From contig NC_043002.1 of assembly GCF_006345805.1 (NCBI RefSeq), positions 1,426,001 to 1,490,000 on the forward strand: a DNA stretch of 64,000 nucleotides. The letters are read 5' to 3'. The notes under the pieces are model-generated. The model did no database searches, was not told where the DNA came from, and saw only the letters and a program-made list of their open reading frames with translations. Position 1 is the stretch's first letter, and every line of letters starts with the position of its first letter. Below are positions 27,387-41,400 of this stretch, piece after piece. The position numbers and the translations under genes are program-made. The stretch is from Octopus sinensis. Its lineage: Eukaryota.

Positions 27387-29439
27387 CGTGTGTGTATGTG
27401 TGCGTACATTTGTGTGCACGTGCGCATGTGTATCTGTGTGTAAATGCATATATATGTAAATATGTGTGTGTATGTATATTTGTCAAATGATGATATTAAT
27501 CTATCGCGCCGGAGAGAGTAAAAGTATGTGCTATCGTTTTAAACGTTGTCCTTCATCAACAAAAAAAGGGGAAAAAGACAAGAAAAGAGAGAGCGTAGTC
27601 TAAGGAATGTAGGAAAGTAAAAATCGAGTATAAAAAGGAGAAAAATAGGAAGGCTGGAAGTGACAGAAGGAAAGAGGAAGATTAGAATCTAGTTAAGTAA
27701 ATGCCGCTTAAATAACCATTTAGTTTTACTGAACCACACAACTCTTCGCAGACACGTATTTCCACTTATTTGAATTTAGAACCTTTTATTATTAATTCGG
27801 TTGGTTTTCTTGTGTGAAACTCTCTCAAACGAAACAATCTCAATTCGTTTTATTTCTTTCTTTCCCCAATTCACTCTGGTTATCCTGTGAATGATGTTTC
27901 AAAATCTAGCGGTGCACGTTCTTTATGTTTTTTTACGGTCTACATTATGCTTCCTCTCTTATGTCTATGTCGTTTAAAAGAATTCCGTGCTTCGTACTAT
28001 TGTATTGTTGATGAAATCATTTTAGAATCATATATTATTTATAATTATGACGATTCGGTGTAAATTCTTCATTGACATGCATCGTTTCTTATTTGTCTTG
28101 AAATGGTAATGTATTGAGAGAATATGAAGAACAGTTACAGTGTGAGCTGCGAAGTCGATTTATAAGATGCATAAAAATGCTAGCGTATTAGACATTTGTA
28201 AAATTTCTGAAGCTATTTCGTGTTCTGTATCACTTTTAAAAGAAATTCATATATTTTAGCAGTTAACTAGTATTGCTAAATACTTCTTTATATCAAGAGT
28301 TGTTTGCATTTAGTAGTATTTCCAAAGATTCCTCATTGAGTTATCCGTGTCACTTCCGGATAATTGTACCTATATAGAAATTTCTCCTTTGATGCTTTTC
28401 TTACAATATGAATACGATTCTTAATTCTAAGACTGACTCCATACTGATGTAAACCATATGCTTTTAGTAATTTTATTGTATTACATCCTTGAATGCCAAC
28501 ATTTTACGGTTTCCGGTGACGCTTCGTTTCCAATGATGTTGCTATTAACGATCCTTATTATATTTGACAGCCAACTGTTTCATTCTTTCACTTGATGCTT
28601 TTCAATGTCTTCTCTTTATTATATTTTCGCTTTCTTTCAACTGAAATGTTGCTAATGACTCTTTTCACTTTGAAATGACGAAATTTTCTTTACCGTCGTT
28701 TACAGGTATAATATTAATTACAGGTATAATATTAATTCACGCAACATCTTCAAGGAGATGTTTATGAAATGTTAATAAAATAAGTCAATTATTATAAGCT
28801 TTTTACTAATTTATTTACTTTATATGCCCTCTCGGTTTGATCAACATTAAGATGTCAATCTAATTATTAATATTACGAAATTTGAGGAGAACCGCTTTTA
28901 GATAAGGATCCTTTAAATTCCTCTTTAACCATCATCAAGGATTTCAACATATAATGGTAAAAGGACATGTGTTAAGTATTTTAGTGATGATAAATTAAAA
29001 ACATTGTTTACTTGTTAACTAAATATTTGAAATTATATTGCCCCCCCTCTCTTTCTCTCACACGCACATACACACACACACATGTACACATAATATGTGA
29101 TCACTCACACGTCTGTGTAAATATTAATATAGTAATTAAGAGGTGGGGAAAGTAAGCAAGATGCGGATGGAGAAAAATCGATATATTAAGAGAGACAGGG
29201 AATGAGAAAAGCGAAGGAGCAGGGAGAAAGAGAAGAGAAAAGAGAAGATAGACAAACGGGAGAAAATGTGACAATGGAAACTGAGGGACGGCGGAGGAAG
29301 GAAACTGAAGAGGAATGCATCGCAGACATCAGTATTACGATATAATAACCTATAAAGAGAAAGGAACTTGTTAGGGAAAGATGTGGCGTTTGGTGATGCT
29401 TTTCACTGTCTGAGTTTGAATTTTCATTTGCTTATGGAC

Positions 29440-30300
29440 GGTGTTCAGAGTATTTTTTTTTAGCATTAAAATAGAAGCTTCATTTCCACAGAGTTCCTTC
29501 GGAATGTGCTGTCTCCTGATACGCGGAACTTGCATCTTTGCTAGCTTTCATACACGATCTGAATTGTTTAGCGATCTTTCTGTTGATGTCAGAGTCGATG
29601 TTATTTTCTTTTATCAGTGGGATGTAGCTCAAATGTTATGTCTGTTCCGTTTCTCGATTTGCCTGAATGAGGCTTTGTGGGTGAGGAAAATTCATTTGAA
29701 GGGTCCTTCACTAAGTCTGATGTATCGTTTTAGTTTTTTTTCTGCTTCCATTCGTACAGTTTACGTTTTGCCTCAAGATTCATTTACTCGGTGTTAGTTA
29801 CACAACTCGGCGGTCAGGTTGTAGGTTTCCTTTATGAACACCTGACTTCAGTAGAAGATGTATGTCTGTGTGCGATGATTTATTTCATGTTAGAGGCGCG
29901 GCTATATATGATCGTGACTATGTGTCTATTGCAGTATCTCTTGGATTTTTGTTCGAGTAGGAAATACCAATCTATAGGATTGAAAAGAATCTTACCGACA
30001 TTACCTGACGTGAGAAAAGGGCTGCAAATCTGATAACCTCCCTCTGCATCTTTCATGCGGTCGTTCTGGTTGAGGTCAAAGGGGATTTGTGTCTTTGAAG
30101 TCACAAAGTCATTTAGGGTGTCGTTATCATAATGGGTTGTCCAACCGAAGGTAACTTTACTGAAAGGTAGAGCGGAGATCCTTGAATACTTGAACAAGGT
30201 TGAGATAATCCTACTTTAGTGTATGTTAATCGCTCATTGTGTTTCCTAGAGATTATTTTTGATCATTTTTGATGAAGCGCCGCGCTGTCGATTGCTGCAA
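29440..30300 (-). mobile_element. Possible L1/Tx1-like ORF2 remnant
   Basis: Frameshifted FRQIEKRNRHNI / NIDSDINRKIAKQFRS loosely resembles the L1/Tx1 EN-RT linker; no catalytic motif found. Confidence 0.25.
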
Positions 30301-31633
30301 GTCTATATCGAACAGTTTGAGGATCTCTAATTTCGGAAAAACCTGACATTTACTTCTTTGGCAGAGAAGTTGAACATGAAGCAGATCCAGTCTTTACTTA
30401 TGTCAGAAGAAAAACAAGCAGGGTTATGAAAGAAATTGAAGTAAACATTCAAAAACATGCTTCGTTATGCTTAGCACTGAAAATGGGTCCTATTTGTCAT
30501 AGCGATTCCATCATTAAGGTGTCGTTATCTCAAAGAGTCTCATGACAAATATGTTATGGCATTAGAAACCTCAAGTCAAGATTTTCTCTCTTGACAAATC
30601 GTTGGTCTTTCTGGAACATTTATCGAATATGGTGGGAGACTTTTATTGTCTACTTATTTTCTCCCAAGAATTCAAGCAATTAAAGTTAAGAATTTAATTC
30701 TTTGTACATAATTATGGTTTTAAATAAATGCTATTTATTTATATACTCAATATGTGTTCATTATGTTCTGGTATGTGACTCAACATTGTCTCTATGCAAT
30801 CTCACATCGTCATCGGAAAAACTCATTCATAATCTTTCGAGTATATTTCCCTTTTCATCCCTTTCCGATTTCATTTACCCACCTAGCAAGCAGCTTCTGG
30901 ATGCGCTCGCATTTATTTGCATTTGAGACATGGATTTACTGGAGTATTTTCATAAATTTTCAGCATTGAAATGAAAAATATTGCTTTTTTTAATTTTTTA
31001 CTGCTTATATTTACTTATCATAAATACATCCTTTGCTTTTAGCAACATTCTATTACAATTAACATACACGATTCTTTTGAACCAGCAAATATTTATCGGA
31101 TTTAATCTATTCACAAAAATCACTGGCGATGGATGTCGTGTCTTGTTATTTATATGATGTGTGTGTTTTCCCATTAAGAGCAAAAATAGTCGGGTAGAAT
31201 TAATATGGTGGCTTCCCCCCCACCCTTTCCCCCCCCCCCCTTCTGCCTTCCCTTCTTCTTACTCGTACCAACGTCCCGCTCTCATTTATAATCTAGATTT
31301 GCTTGAAGAAAATAACATTAGAACTTTCTTAACGTAATGACTATGAATAATCAACTCGAGAGAATATTTTGGTTGTTCGTATCTCCATCCTAAATCTTCT
31401 TGGAGTTGCTCGCTCTGCCAAAAAGAAACGAACAAAAACACAGCATATCTATCAAATCCGGTAACAATCAAAGTTACAGTTCAGAAGACTAACGCGGCTT
31501 TACGGTGTGATACATAAATAGATTTTATTATCGCTGTGTAGATGTGTCAAGACAAAACTGAAATATCTATTTTATCTACTTTATCACATCATATCTGGAT
31601 ATTTTACTCGTTTGCTCAGTTTCCTATCAGGCG

Positions 31634-31635
<2 letters not shown>

Positions 31636-31692
<57 letters not shown>

Positions 31693-31693
31693 G

Positions 31694-31725
<32 letters not shown>

Positions 31726-31737
31726 CACACACACACA
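31636..31737. repeat. (CA)n microsatellite
   Basis: Direct reading. Confidence 0.95.
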
Positions 31738-32494
31738 TCGGTATGTTTTATGGATGCCTTTATGTCTGTCTGTCTGTCTGAAAGTGTCCGCGTCAGAAAA
31801 TTATCGAGGTATGCGATGAGGCGATGAGAGAGTAGATAAAGTCTGTGATTCAACGAGGTACATACGTAGATACACACACCCACGCGCATGCGCACCCTCA
31901 TGCACACAAATACACACACACACACATAGATACACAAACACATCTTCCGAGAATACATTTGAAATATGTTTGAATGCAGGTTACTTGCAGCAATGTACGG
32001 CGAATAAATGACTGAGTTGATGGCCAATGCCTTGCAAATGAATCTCAGTAATTCCACATAAAAATATAAAGTCTGTAACACAAGCTTTAGATTTCTTTCT
32101 TATGCAGAGATATGGTCTAATAAATCTTAACCTGTACCATAACACGAACCACAGGGTGTTCATGCTAAATTTGAAGATTTTTCTCTTAGTTTCAGGAACA
32201 GTTTAATGTATTGATTAAAAGTCAACGATGCTGGAGAGCATAAAGATTAAAATTGTTGTTGAGAAGTTGGCTGACTGGAAGCAATCTGAATATTGGAAAA
32301 AAGTTAGAATAGAGTGACCAGTAGAACTGTTACAAAAGGTTTGTCTCCTTGACACAGCCGAAATAATCAGGAAAGTATTAGATAGATGGAAAGAACGGAT
32401 AGCATAGTACCGTAGACTTTAGGTAGCAAGGCTTCGGCGCATGCAAGACGCCAGTAATTACAACAAAACCTGAGATAAAAAGAAAAATGATAAT

Positions 32495-32496
32495 AG

Positions 32497-32542
<46 letters not shown>

Positions 32543-32544
32543 GG

Positions 32545-32588
<44 letters not shown>

Positions 32589-32613
32589 ATGATGATGATG
32601 ATCATGATGATGA
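32495..32613. repeat. (GAT)n microsatellite
   Basis: Direct reading; source of the poly-His and poly-Ile pseudo-ORFs. Confidence 0.95.
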
Positions 32614-33563
32614 TGCCGGCAGTATATTATCATTAAAACGGCTCCTGATTATACGGCATGTGTTTCTTTCGGTTATGAAATTAGAGTTGATTAGCACAGA
32701 TGTTGCATGTGAAGACATAATCTTTCAGTGTATTACATAAAATATCTATTATACTTATAATATTTATACTTTAAATATATATATAATATTTATAAGCACG
32801 CCAAATTTAATTCCTCCCGCATTAAGTCACTTTTCTCCACAGAAAACGTGTCAAGTGAAAATGAGAAAGATGCCGTGAATTAAGGAAGGGAAAATGGTCA
32901 GTTGGAAATTCAGTGAGATTCAAAAAAGAAAATACTATTAAAAAAATTGAAGTTGGTAGATGTAATGTAGTATCCTTCTTGAGAGAAAATAGAGGTGTTT
33001 GGTTACTATCGTGCTTTTTTCAAAGAGGCCGTAGATAACAGATTTGATCGGCATCAGGCCACAATATGGTTTTCAGACATCAATCCATTCCGAGTAAATT
33101 TTACCTTTCATGGTTTCATGAAACTTTTCCCGAGAAGTGCTGGCATTCATTTAATGAACTTTACGTCATCACTGCCCCACGAAATAGTAATTTGTGGTTG
33201 TTCATGCAATTAGAATTCATTACGTTTAAGTTTGTATATTTGAATAAAGTACACTGAAAAATTTCCTTTTTGTGAAATGCTAGCAAATCTATAGAATAGA
33301 ATAATAATGGCAAAGACTTGTTCGTGAGATATAACAAGATCAAAATATTTACTTTCTATCGCCAAATTATTTAAAAAATCCTTTGGAACTGTCTAAAGGG
33401 GGAAAATTGGTGCAGCTAAAAGTTGCCCCAAGCAATCTCAATGTTAAGTTGTTCATGAATGAAGTTTCGGGAATCAAATATTATCAACGATAGCTAATTG
33501 TTTTGTGATTGTCTGTGTGTCGGTGTGTATGTGTGTGTATGTGTTTTTATGTGTGTGTGTTTG

Positions 33564-33618
<55 letters not shown>

Positions 33619-33684
33619 TATGCGTGTATCAATGCCCGCCCTTACTTATTCGACTGTAAGAAGGGAACAGCTATGTTATTGAGG

Positions 33685-34070
33685 TATTCTTTTATTCTTT
33701 TATTCTTGTTTCAGTCATTTGACTACGGCCATGCTGGAGTACTGCCTTGATACGATTTAGTCGAATAAATCGTCCGCAGAACTTTTGAAGGCCTAGTACT
33801 TATTTTTCTGGTGTCTTTTGCTGAATCGTTGCATCATTAAGTTACGGGGACGTAAACACACCAACACCGTTTGTCAGTCGGTGGTGGGGTAGAGACGCAG
33901 ACACAAAGGCACACACGCACATATATACGGCGGACTTGTTTCAGTTTCCGTCTAACAAATCCACACACAAGGCTTTGGTCGAATACACTTGCCCAAGGTG
34001 CCACACAGCGGGACTGAACCTGGAACCATGTGACCGGGAAGCAAGCTTCTTACCACACAACCATGCCTGT
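33685..34070 (-). mobile_element. tRNA-derived SINE, same family as 40980-41400
   Basis: Reverse complement matches the 41 kb copy: GGTTCAGTCCC, CACCTTGGGCAAGTGT, CCAAAGCCTTGTG, CCAGCATGGCC, CAAATGACTGAAACAAG. Confidence 0.9.
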
Positions 34071-35121
34071 ATGTATATATTAAGACAGTGTGTATCTGAG
34101 TTCAAATTGATGTAGTGGTAATAAGCCTCTGTGTGTGTAGCGTGTGTGTCTGAGTATGTGTGAGAATGTGAATGAGTGTGTCTGTATGTGTTATGTATGT
34201 GATTCCTTGCATTGCACATCAGAGCGGCGTTGGAAACTGAAGTGATACAATACTTAAATATATTCGAAGCAGATAATAAAATTATGGTCCTTCTAAAAAC
34301 ACGCAATCGTATATCTTTTATCTTTCTCGACATCCGCACAAGCATATCATCTTTGCTATCAATGCCATCGATAGTCCGTATTTTGTGTCTATGCGAGTGA
34401 TTGTGTTGTGTATGTGTATATTCCACCATTTGTGTTTAGTGTGTGTGTGTATATGTGTATACATCTAAGCCAGTAACGTGATGGATACAAAACAGACACA
34501 ATGATAGAAGATAAGGATATCTTTATAAAAGAGACGCATTTAAGACAATATGTGTTGATAGATTCAAAGAAATAGACGTTGATATGTACGAATAAACGAA
34601 TAATGAGGCAGTGGCCATCATGAACGTAGAGATACATTTACGGTATTTTTTTAATACTGATACTAATCACATTTATTGAAGCAATGCATGTTAATGTATT
34701 TCAAAATTATACGTTTCTACCTATTCTAATCAGATAATGAGATAATCAGCATTTAAAATGCACGGATTCATGTGTTTTCGATAACCAACCACGTATATCA
34801 TGTTTGTTAAAAAACACCATGTTCCACTCGACAGAAATCAATAATTTGAACAGCGATAGTCACTTGCTAAATACAGCTGAATCTTTTCGAAAATTGACTT
34901 TCATTTTGACAATTAGTGTCTGTTCTTCTTAAATTTCTCGTCAACATGTTACACAATCAAATGATCAAATGATTAAAAACTACTCTTCATTATGCTGCCT
35001 AAACACTGCGAGCTAGAGGAAGCAGATCAAAGACAATAAAGAGTGGAAGAAAAGAGAGAATACGTCGAGCAAAATAGCCGACAGCAAAAGACATCAACAC
35101 ATAGATGCAAAATAAAAAAAG

Positions 35122-35174
<53 letters not shown>

Positions 35175-37173
35175 GTGGCTTAAAAATTCCCCCAAAGGCA
35201 AGGAACACAACAATAGAACCAACATTATCTTGAAGGAAATACATTTCTGACGCGAACTATCAGTCGGAAAATATCACCACAGCATAGAACAAATATATCC
35301 ACCGAAGAATACAAACACTCACCCTGAAGCAGTTACGTAAATCAGCTTTGAGCTTGGATTCGAATTATGAATCCGAAGTTCTAGTCTATTGTCGAGGAGG
35401 GAACCAAAACAAATCGGGAAAGAAGACAATGAATGTGGAACTCATGTGGCAAACTCCATTTTACAATATTGCTAGACTCACAACCTTTACAGATGATGTT
35501 AACAAATAAAATCTTGAATCGAAGCATCGTTTCTTAAAACAAATCGTGCCTTTATATCTCTTATTTGTACATTTTATGAATTTGAACTTTGAGAATTGCC
35601 AGGATGCAAAATTTTCCAGTGATTTAACTGCCTCAGACAAAGTGTAGACTTTTTTCAAGAAATTTGTCAAAATATAATGCATATATGTATTACATTTGTA
35701 TGTATTACGTTTGTATCTATGCATGCATGGGCATACGTGCATGCGTATATGAGTCTCTCTGTTTGAATCTTTGCATACATGTATGCATTTCTGAAAGAAT
35801 GCATATACCTATATACCTATCTACGACACAAGTTAAAGACTACCATTTAACATTTAAGCACCCGAAGTCTTGTAATTAGTGCACCACTTTATGTTTAAGG
35901 TCAAACGATGTTTACTGGTATTTTCAATAAACCAGAATATATCTAAGAACTGTTACTTGTCCAAAAATAATTCTTTTTGATAAACAAAGATATCCCCCGC
36001 CCCCAGGAACTGATATTGGGGAAAAAAAATTTTTAGGGATATATTTTAAAACTTTTCAAAAGCATACACGTCTTAGCAAAATTTAGAAATTAAGGAATCG
36101 AAATGTCACATCAATAGTAAAAATCTCACTCTGCATCAACTCGTGTCCTTATAAATCTTCTTTCTCTCACTGCTAATACCAAACAAAAATAGAATCGTTC
36201 AGGAATAGAGAGATTGCAGTTAGTTGTTAAATATTTCTACTAAATTGAAATAATATTTTTTTCTGCATTCGTCCTTTGTTTTCAATTGTTACTTTATTTT
36301 ACAAATTCTCACAAAAAGTCAGCTGCATACTGATATTATATGGAAAATATTTGGTTGCTATTCCTCTCCATCGACAAATATGTTATTCTGTTCCTCACTC
36401 ATGATTTGTGAGATAAACAAAAGCGCCCACCATCACCATCGCAGATAATAATCAAAGTTACAGAAAGCGATATCATATCATCTTCAAGCTAAATAAATGA
36501 GGAGGCAAGGAGATTTCTTTTATAAATGAGGAGGCAGATCTAGATTTAGCGGAGTCCCAGTTGTTCATGCTAATGGTAGACAATTCAAGTCCTGAATGGG
36601 TATATTAAAGAAAATATGACCTGACATATTTAATATGAAGAAGCTGGTTGCTTTGAATGACACCTTTTTTGCAACACACAGTATTTGAGACTGTCAGGAA
36701 GTTTTTGTAAGGATTTGTAATACCAAATAACGGTTAAAAAATAAACAACGAACGATTTCTATAACAACAAACCGCAAACAAACTGCCAACAATTATTGAT
36801 TCAGTTTAGTTCGAAATTTATAAATAATCTATGGTCTCTCCATTATCAACTGATTCTACATTTTTTCTCTTGGCAATAGCAGTGACTTCATGATTTAGAG
36901 GACGTTAGTGGATGCTTGGTGAGATTTTCGCCATAGATACGACGCCCTTCGCCAAATGTGGCATGGTTCATCCAAATATTCTCTGTCAGCTGATACTGAC
37001 ATCTGCTTCAAGCGAAAACGAGATAAAGAAGCAGGTACAATATGAATCAAAACAGCTTTTGAATATCACATTCTATTTCTTCTGCAATATTATGAACCGA
37101 GGCAAGGCGGCCTGTAAGTGCCTATATACGTACGTATGCATGAATGCATGTGCGTCTGCATATAATATATATA

Positions 37174-37230
<57 letters not shown>

Positions 37231-40039
37231 AAGGGAGTAGCGTGTTATATATTGTATGTGAGTATGTGTATGGAGTGAGCGTGTATTCATAAACAGGAAG
37301 TTATGCCTCCAACAATTTGCACAGAGGACAAATATTTTTAATCAATCGATCAATATGTATATAATACAGACACGTACACACATACATGTACGTACATATA
37401 AATGCACATAGTACTAACACACACACGTATCGCGTACACACACTCACACAAACACATAGCCTTTAATATAGTGCTGCAATGGTTTCATGCATGTGTATAC
37501 GCTATTATTCAATCGTGGATTGAATTCATGTGTAACCATAATTATCGTATTAACAACCGTGTTGGTCACCCACTCGTTACTAACATATACGAATACATGC
37601 ATATATGTGCGAGCGTACGTGTACGAGCGTGTGTGTGTGTCTGTGTGTGGGTGCTTGCGAAAACTTGCTACAGTACATCATGAATGCTTGATTTCATTGA
37701 ATTCTCTCAGTTCCTCTTTCTTCATTTGGTGTCATATTTTTTAAACTGCGTGTAGGTGAGCGTTTTTAATTAGAGATTTGATATGCAGGGTTTTTTGTTG
37801 TTTTCAGATTTAATTCCCTTTTGTTTTTTCTTCTTTGCTTATCGTTTTCCAAATTGTTCTTTCGGTATTTTAATGATTCATTTTAATCAATATTATTACC
37901 TTTTTTCTTCTCTGTTTTAGGATGTGATCTGAACATTGCGAGACGACGTCATTCACAAAATATTTATATTTTTTTTATTAAATTTTTAGGACGATCGATT
38001 GAAGTGGTCGTTGATTGTCAACAAAAATAAAGAAGTACGGAAAAGTGAAGGAAATAAACTTCCCAATTTCTAACGAGCTTACAGTATTTTAAATAATCAC
38101 CTGACTCGAGAGCTTCGTATAAAGCGAATTTTTCTATTCTCCTCGCATTTATCTTTTCTCTTTTCCGATTGGTTAAAGAAACGCGTTTACTGAAATATTA
38201 TATCTTGAATTCTTTTTGAATGATTTTATTGAAATTGTTTACTTTAAAAACTAAATAATGGAGAAAGTCAGAGGAATAATTTAGTTTCTCCCATATTTTT
38301 AGTTCTGTATATTACTCCAAGTGCTTGCATAATCATTTAAAAAATGCCAGTAGACTTTGTTCTGAGTCCTACTCAGCCATAGTGAATCATAATGAGTGAT
38401 ATAAATCATATTTAACATGGTCGTTTGATTTCAACTTTAGTACTAATAAATTGATTCGTAGTATCACACTCTGAGTATTGACTGACAAATTCTAGTTAGG
38501 TCAAAGTTTGACTTAGAAAGGAACCGTTCCAAATACGAGAGTGTAAACTGGCTAATTACCATTATCATCTTTCTCTTCTCTGTAGTCTGTCGAATAATTC
38601 ATTTTAACGATGAATAATAAATTGGTTTTCAGAGAACGTCGAAGCAGTGTTATTCAAATCTTCACCAACGTTTCCGTTCTTTTGCTTGTAAGAACTCAAT
38701 GTAGAAATGGTTCACCTCTTGCCTCAGGGGCGTCTGGAACGCCTCAAAACCATATGTGAGCGTAAGAACTATCATTAACGTTAATAAATTTTATTCAAGC
38801 TTTAGGTTTTGAATTTAATTGATTAAAATATTTCTTTATTCCATTTGATTAAAGAAGTTGACACGCACTGAAAGTATCTTTTGGAAATATCATCTCTGTC
38901 GTTATTTAAAAGTTAATTAGTAAATAATTCTAAAACAGACACTATAGTATTTTCTCTCAGCCGTTCTATCAACTAGTTCGTACTTATAAATTTTCAGCTG
39001 TTCTGTGGAGCAGTATGTATGTGTTAAACACCAAAGACAATTAAGTCTCGAAACGTGCCAACAGTCTTCACTTTCTGGGATGAGAGTTATTACCATGAAT
39101 ACCGATACACTTCACTTTCCATTTCATGAATCCTTATGATTTTAATAAAATCATACTTCAAAGTTCTCTCCCTTGCCCTCACCGAAAATAATTGCCATTC
39201 CCACAATTACTTTTTCTTTTTATTTTAGATTTAAATTGATCAAAATCCTATTTTATTGCTCCTAAATTAATCATGTTAGTCCACACATAACTATGAAGAT
39301 ACAATTATTAAAACCAAATAGTTATTAACGTAGACCACATAATTAACATCTTAAATAAAATTTACTATAACTTTGGTCTCATTAATTGCATTCGGTTGTT
39401 ATTATTTTTGTTTTGTTTGATGAAAGATATTTCTTGTTATGGACATCCCAAACTAATTTCAGGCATATTGTCTCTAAGGCTACATTATTTTGAATATCCA
39501 AGTCAGATGGAACTAATTATAAAAATGTAACCTTAATTTGAAAATATATCAAATAAGCCAATCAATAAGATCGAAGAGGAAATTTGTAAAATATCTTTTA
39601 AAATAAGAAAAGTAAACCTCCATGCGAGTAAAAAAAAACAAAAACTATCAATTTCCATTTCGTTCTTTCTCTTGATTTCGAACCGTAATGGGTTGCTGAG
39701 AGCAATGTCACCGTTAATTTCTCTTTCTGTCAGCTTGGAATAAATATTCATACTAATTCTAATTATGTTATTAAGCTCGAGTGTAATTTCCATTGCGCAA
39801 TAAAGTATCTTCCAGTGCATGTATATATTTGGTAAGTCTGAGGACATTGAAGTTAATAGACACTAATGAAAATTAGCATGAATTATTCTGGAGACACATT
39901 TAATAACATTTGACGATTATTTTTCCATTAGACGCTGTAAACAGTCTCACATATAGGACACAGTTATGGTTCCAGACATATGTAACCATAAAATAAAACA
40001 AAAAACACTCAATAATTCTTGTTATTTTTTCTGCTTCAA

Positions 40040-40250
40040 TTCTTCTTCTTCTTCTTCTTCTTCTTCTTTCTTCTTCTTCTTCTTCTTCTTCTTCTTCTTC
40101 TTCTTCTTCTCCTCCTCCTCCTTCTTCTTCTTCTCTTCTTCTCTTCTTTCTTCTTCTTCTTCTTCTTCTCCTCCTCCTCCTTCTTCTTCTTCTTCTTCTT
40201 CTTCTTCTTCTTCTTCTTCTTCTTCTTCCCCTTCTCCCCTCCTCCTCCTC
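40040..40250. repeat. (TTC)n/(TCC)n polypyrimidine microsatellite
   Basis: Direct reading. Confidence 0.95.
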
Positions 40251-40979
40251 TGCTTTTCGTCAAACCGACTTCTTCAAAACATTAACGTTTGTAGTGGTTA
40301 TATATTAAACAGATACAATTGATAAACGTAATGTTCCAGATTACATTGATTAAAGACCTGCGCCCGAAACATCTAAACTTTGATTAGCATTATGGTTTTG
40401 AGAGAATGGTTTGTGGCTTGCAAACCGGGGTATTCCGAGATGTCTGTGGTTAGACAATGTTTCTTGTACACTTGAGAATACATTCTACAGAGTAAGAACA
40501 ATTCTTGGTAGCATCATAAAAATATGAAAAAGTTGATGGGGCAAAACGGAGCGTGCAGGAGAGTAGTTGTGTATGTGTGTAGTTGTGTATCTGTGTGTTT
40601 ACGTGTTTGTGTGTGTATGTGTTTGTATGGGCTTGTGTGTATGAGTGTGTGTGTGTGCAGGTGAGAAGTGTATCCAGGCTGGGAGACGGTTTAATCTAAG
40701 TGGTAGGAGAAGGGGCCACCGAGATATGAATGAAGTCTGCCACTGAGAAACCCCAATAAAATACGTTCAAAGGCAAAACTTACGTTAAAGGAAGCAAATC
40801 TGTATCATCAAAGTAACAAGACAGTCTATCGCATATAACAACTGGGTGACGTAGATGTGTGTGTGGGGGGGTGGGGGTGAATGGTCCCACGAGGCAAAAG
40901 GATGAGATATGACGCTGAATATGCTTAACAAAATTTGGAGAAAAAGGAATACAGAAAGTGAATTCCATTTATATATATA

Positions 40980-41400
40980 GGCGCAGGGGTGGCTGTGTGG
41001 TAAGTAGCTTGCTTACCAACCACATGGTTCTGGGTTCAGTCCCACTGCGTGGCACCTTGGGCAAGTGTCTTCTACAATAGCCTCGGGCCGACCAAAGCCT
41101 TGTGAGTGGATTTGGTAGACGGGAACTGAAAGAAGCCTGTCGTATGTATGTATATATATGTATATATATGTGTGTGTATGATTGTGTGTCTATGTTTGTC
41201 CCCCCAACATCGCTTGACAACCGATGCTGGTGTGTTTATGTCGCCGTAACGTAGTGGTTTGGCAAAACAGATGGATAGAATAAGTACTAGGCTTACAAAG
41301 AATAAGTCCTGGGGTCGATTTGCTCGACTAAAGGCGGTGCTCCAGCATGGCCGCAGTCAAATGACTGAAACAAGTAAAAGAAAAAAAAAGAAATGAAAGA
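40980..41400 (+). mobile_element. Full-length tRNA-derived SINE
   Basis: A box TGGCTGTGTGG (40990-41000), B box GGTTCAGTCCC (41033-41043), internal (TA/TG)n, A-rich tail; second copy at 33685-34070. Confidence 0.92.

Noticed and set aside
32367-32633. Poly-His ORF (and the poly-Lys/Arg ORF at 40036-40263)
   Set aside because: Pure (GAT)n and (TTC)n microsatellites.
35060-35095. Minus-strand CTGTCG-GC..GCTC-GACGT resembling the 63.8-kb motif
   Set aside because: Both core segments are broken; cannot be supported without a consensus alignment.
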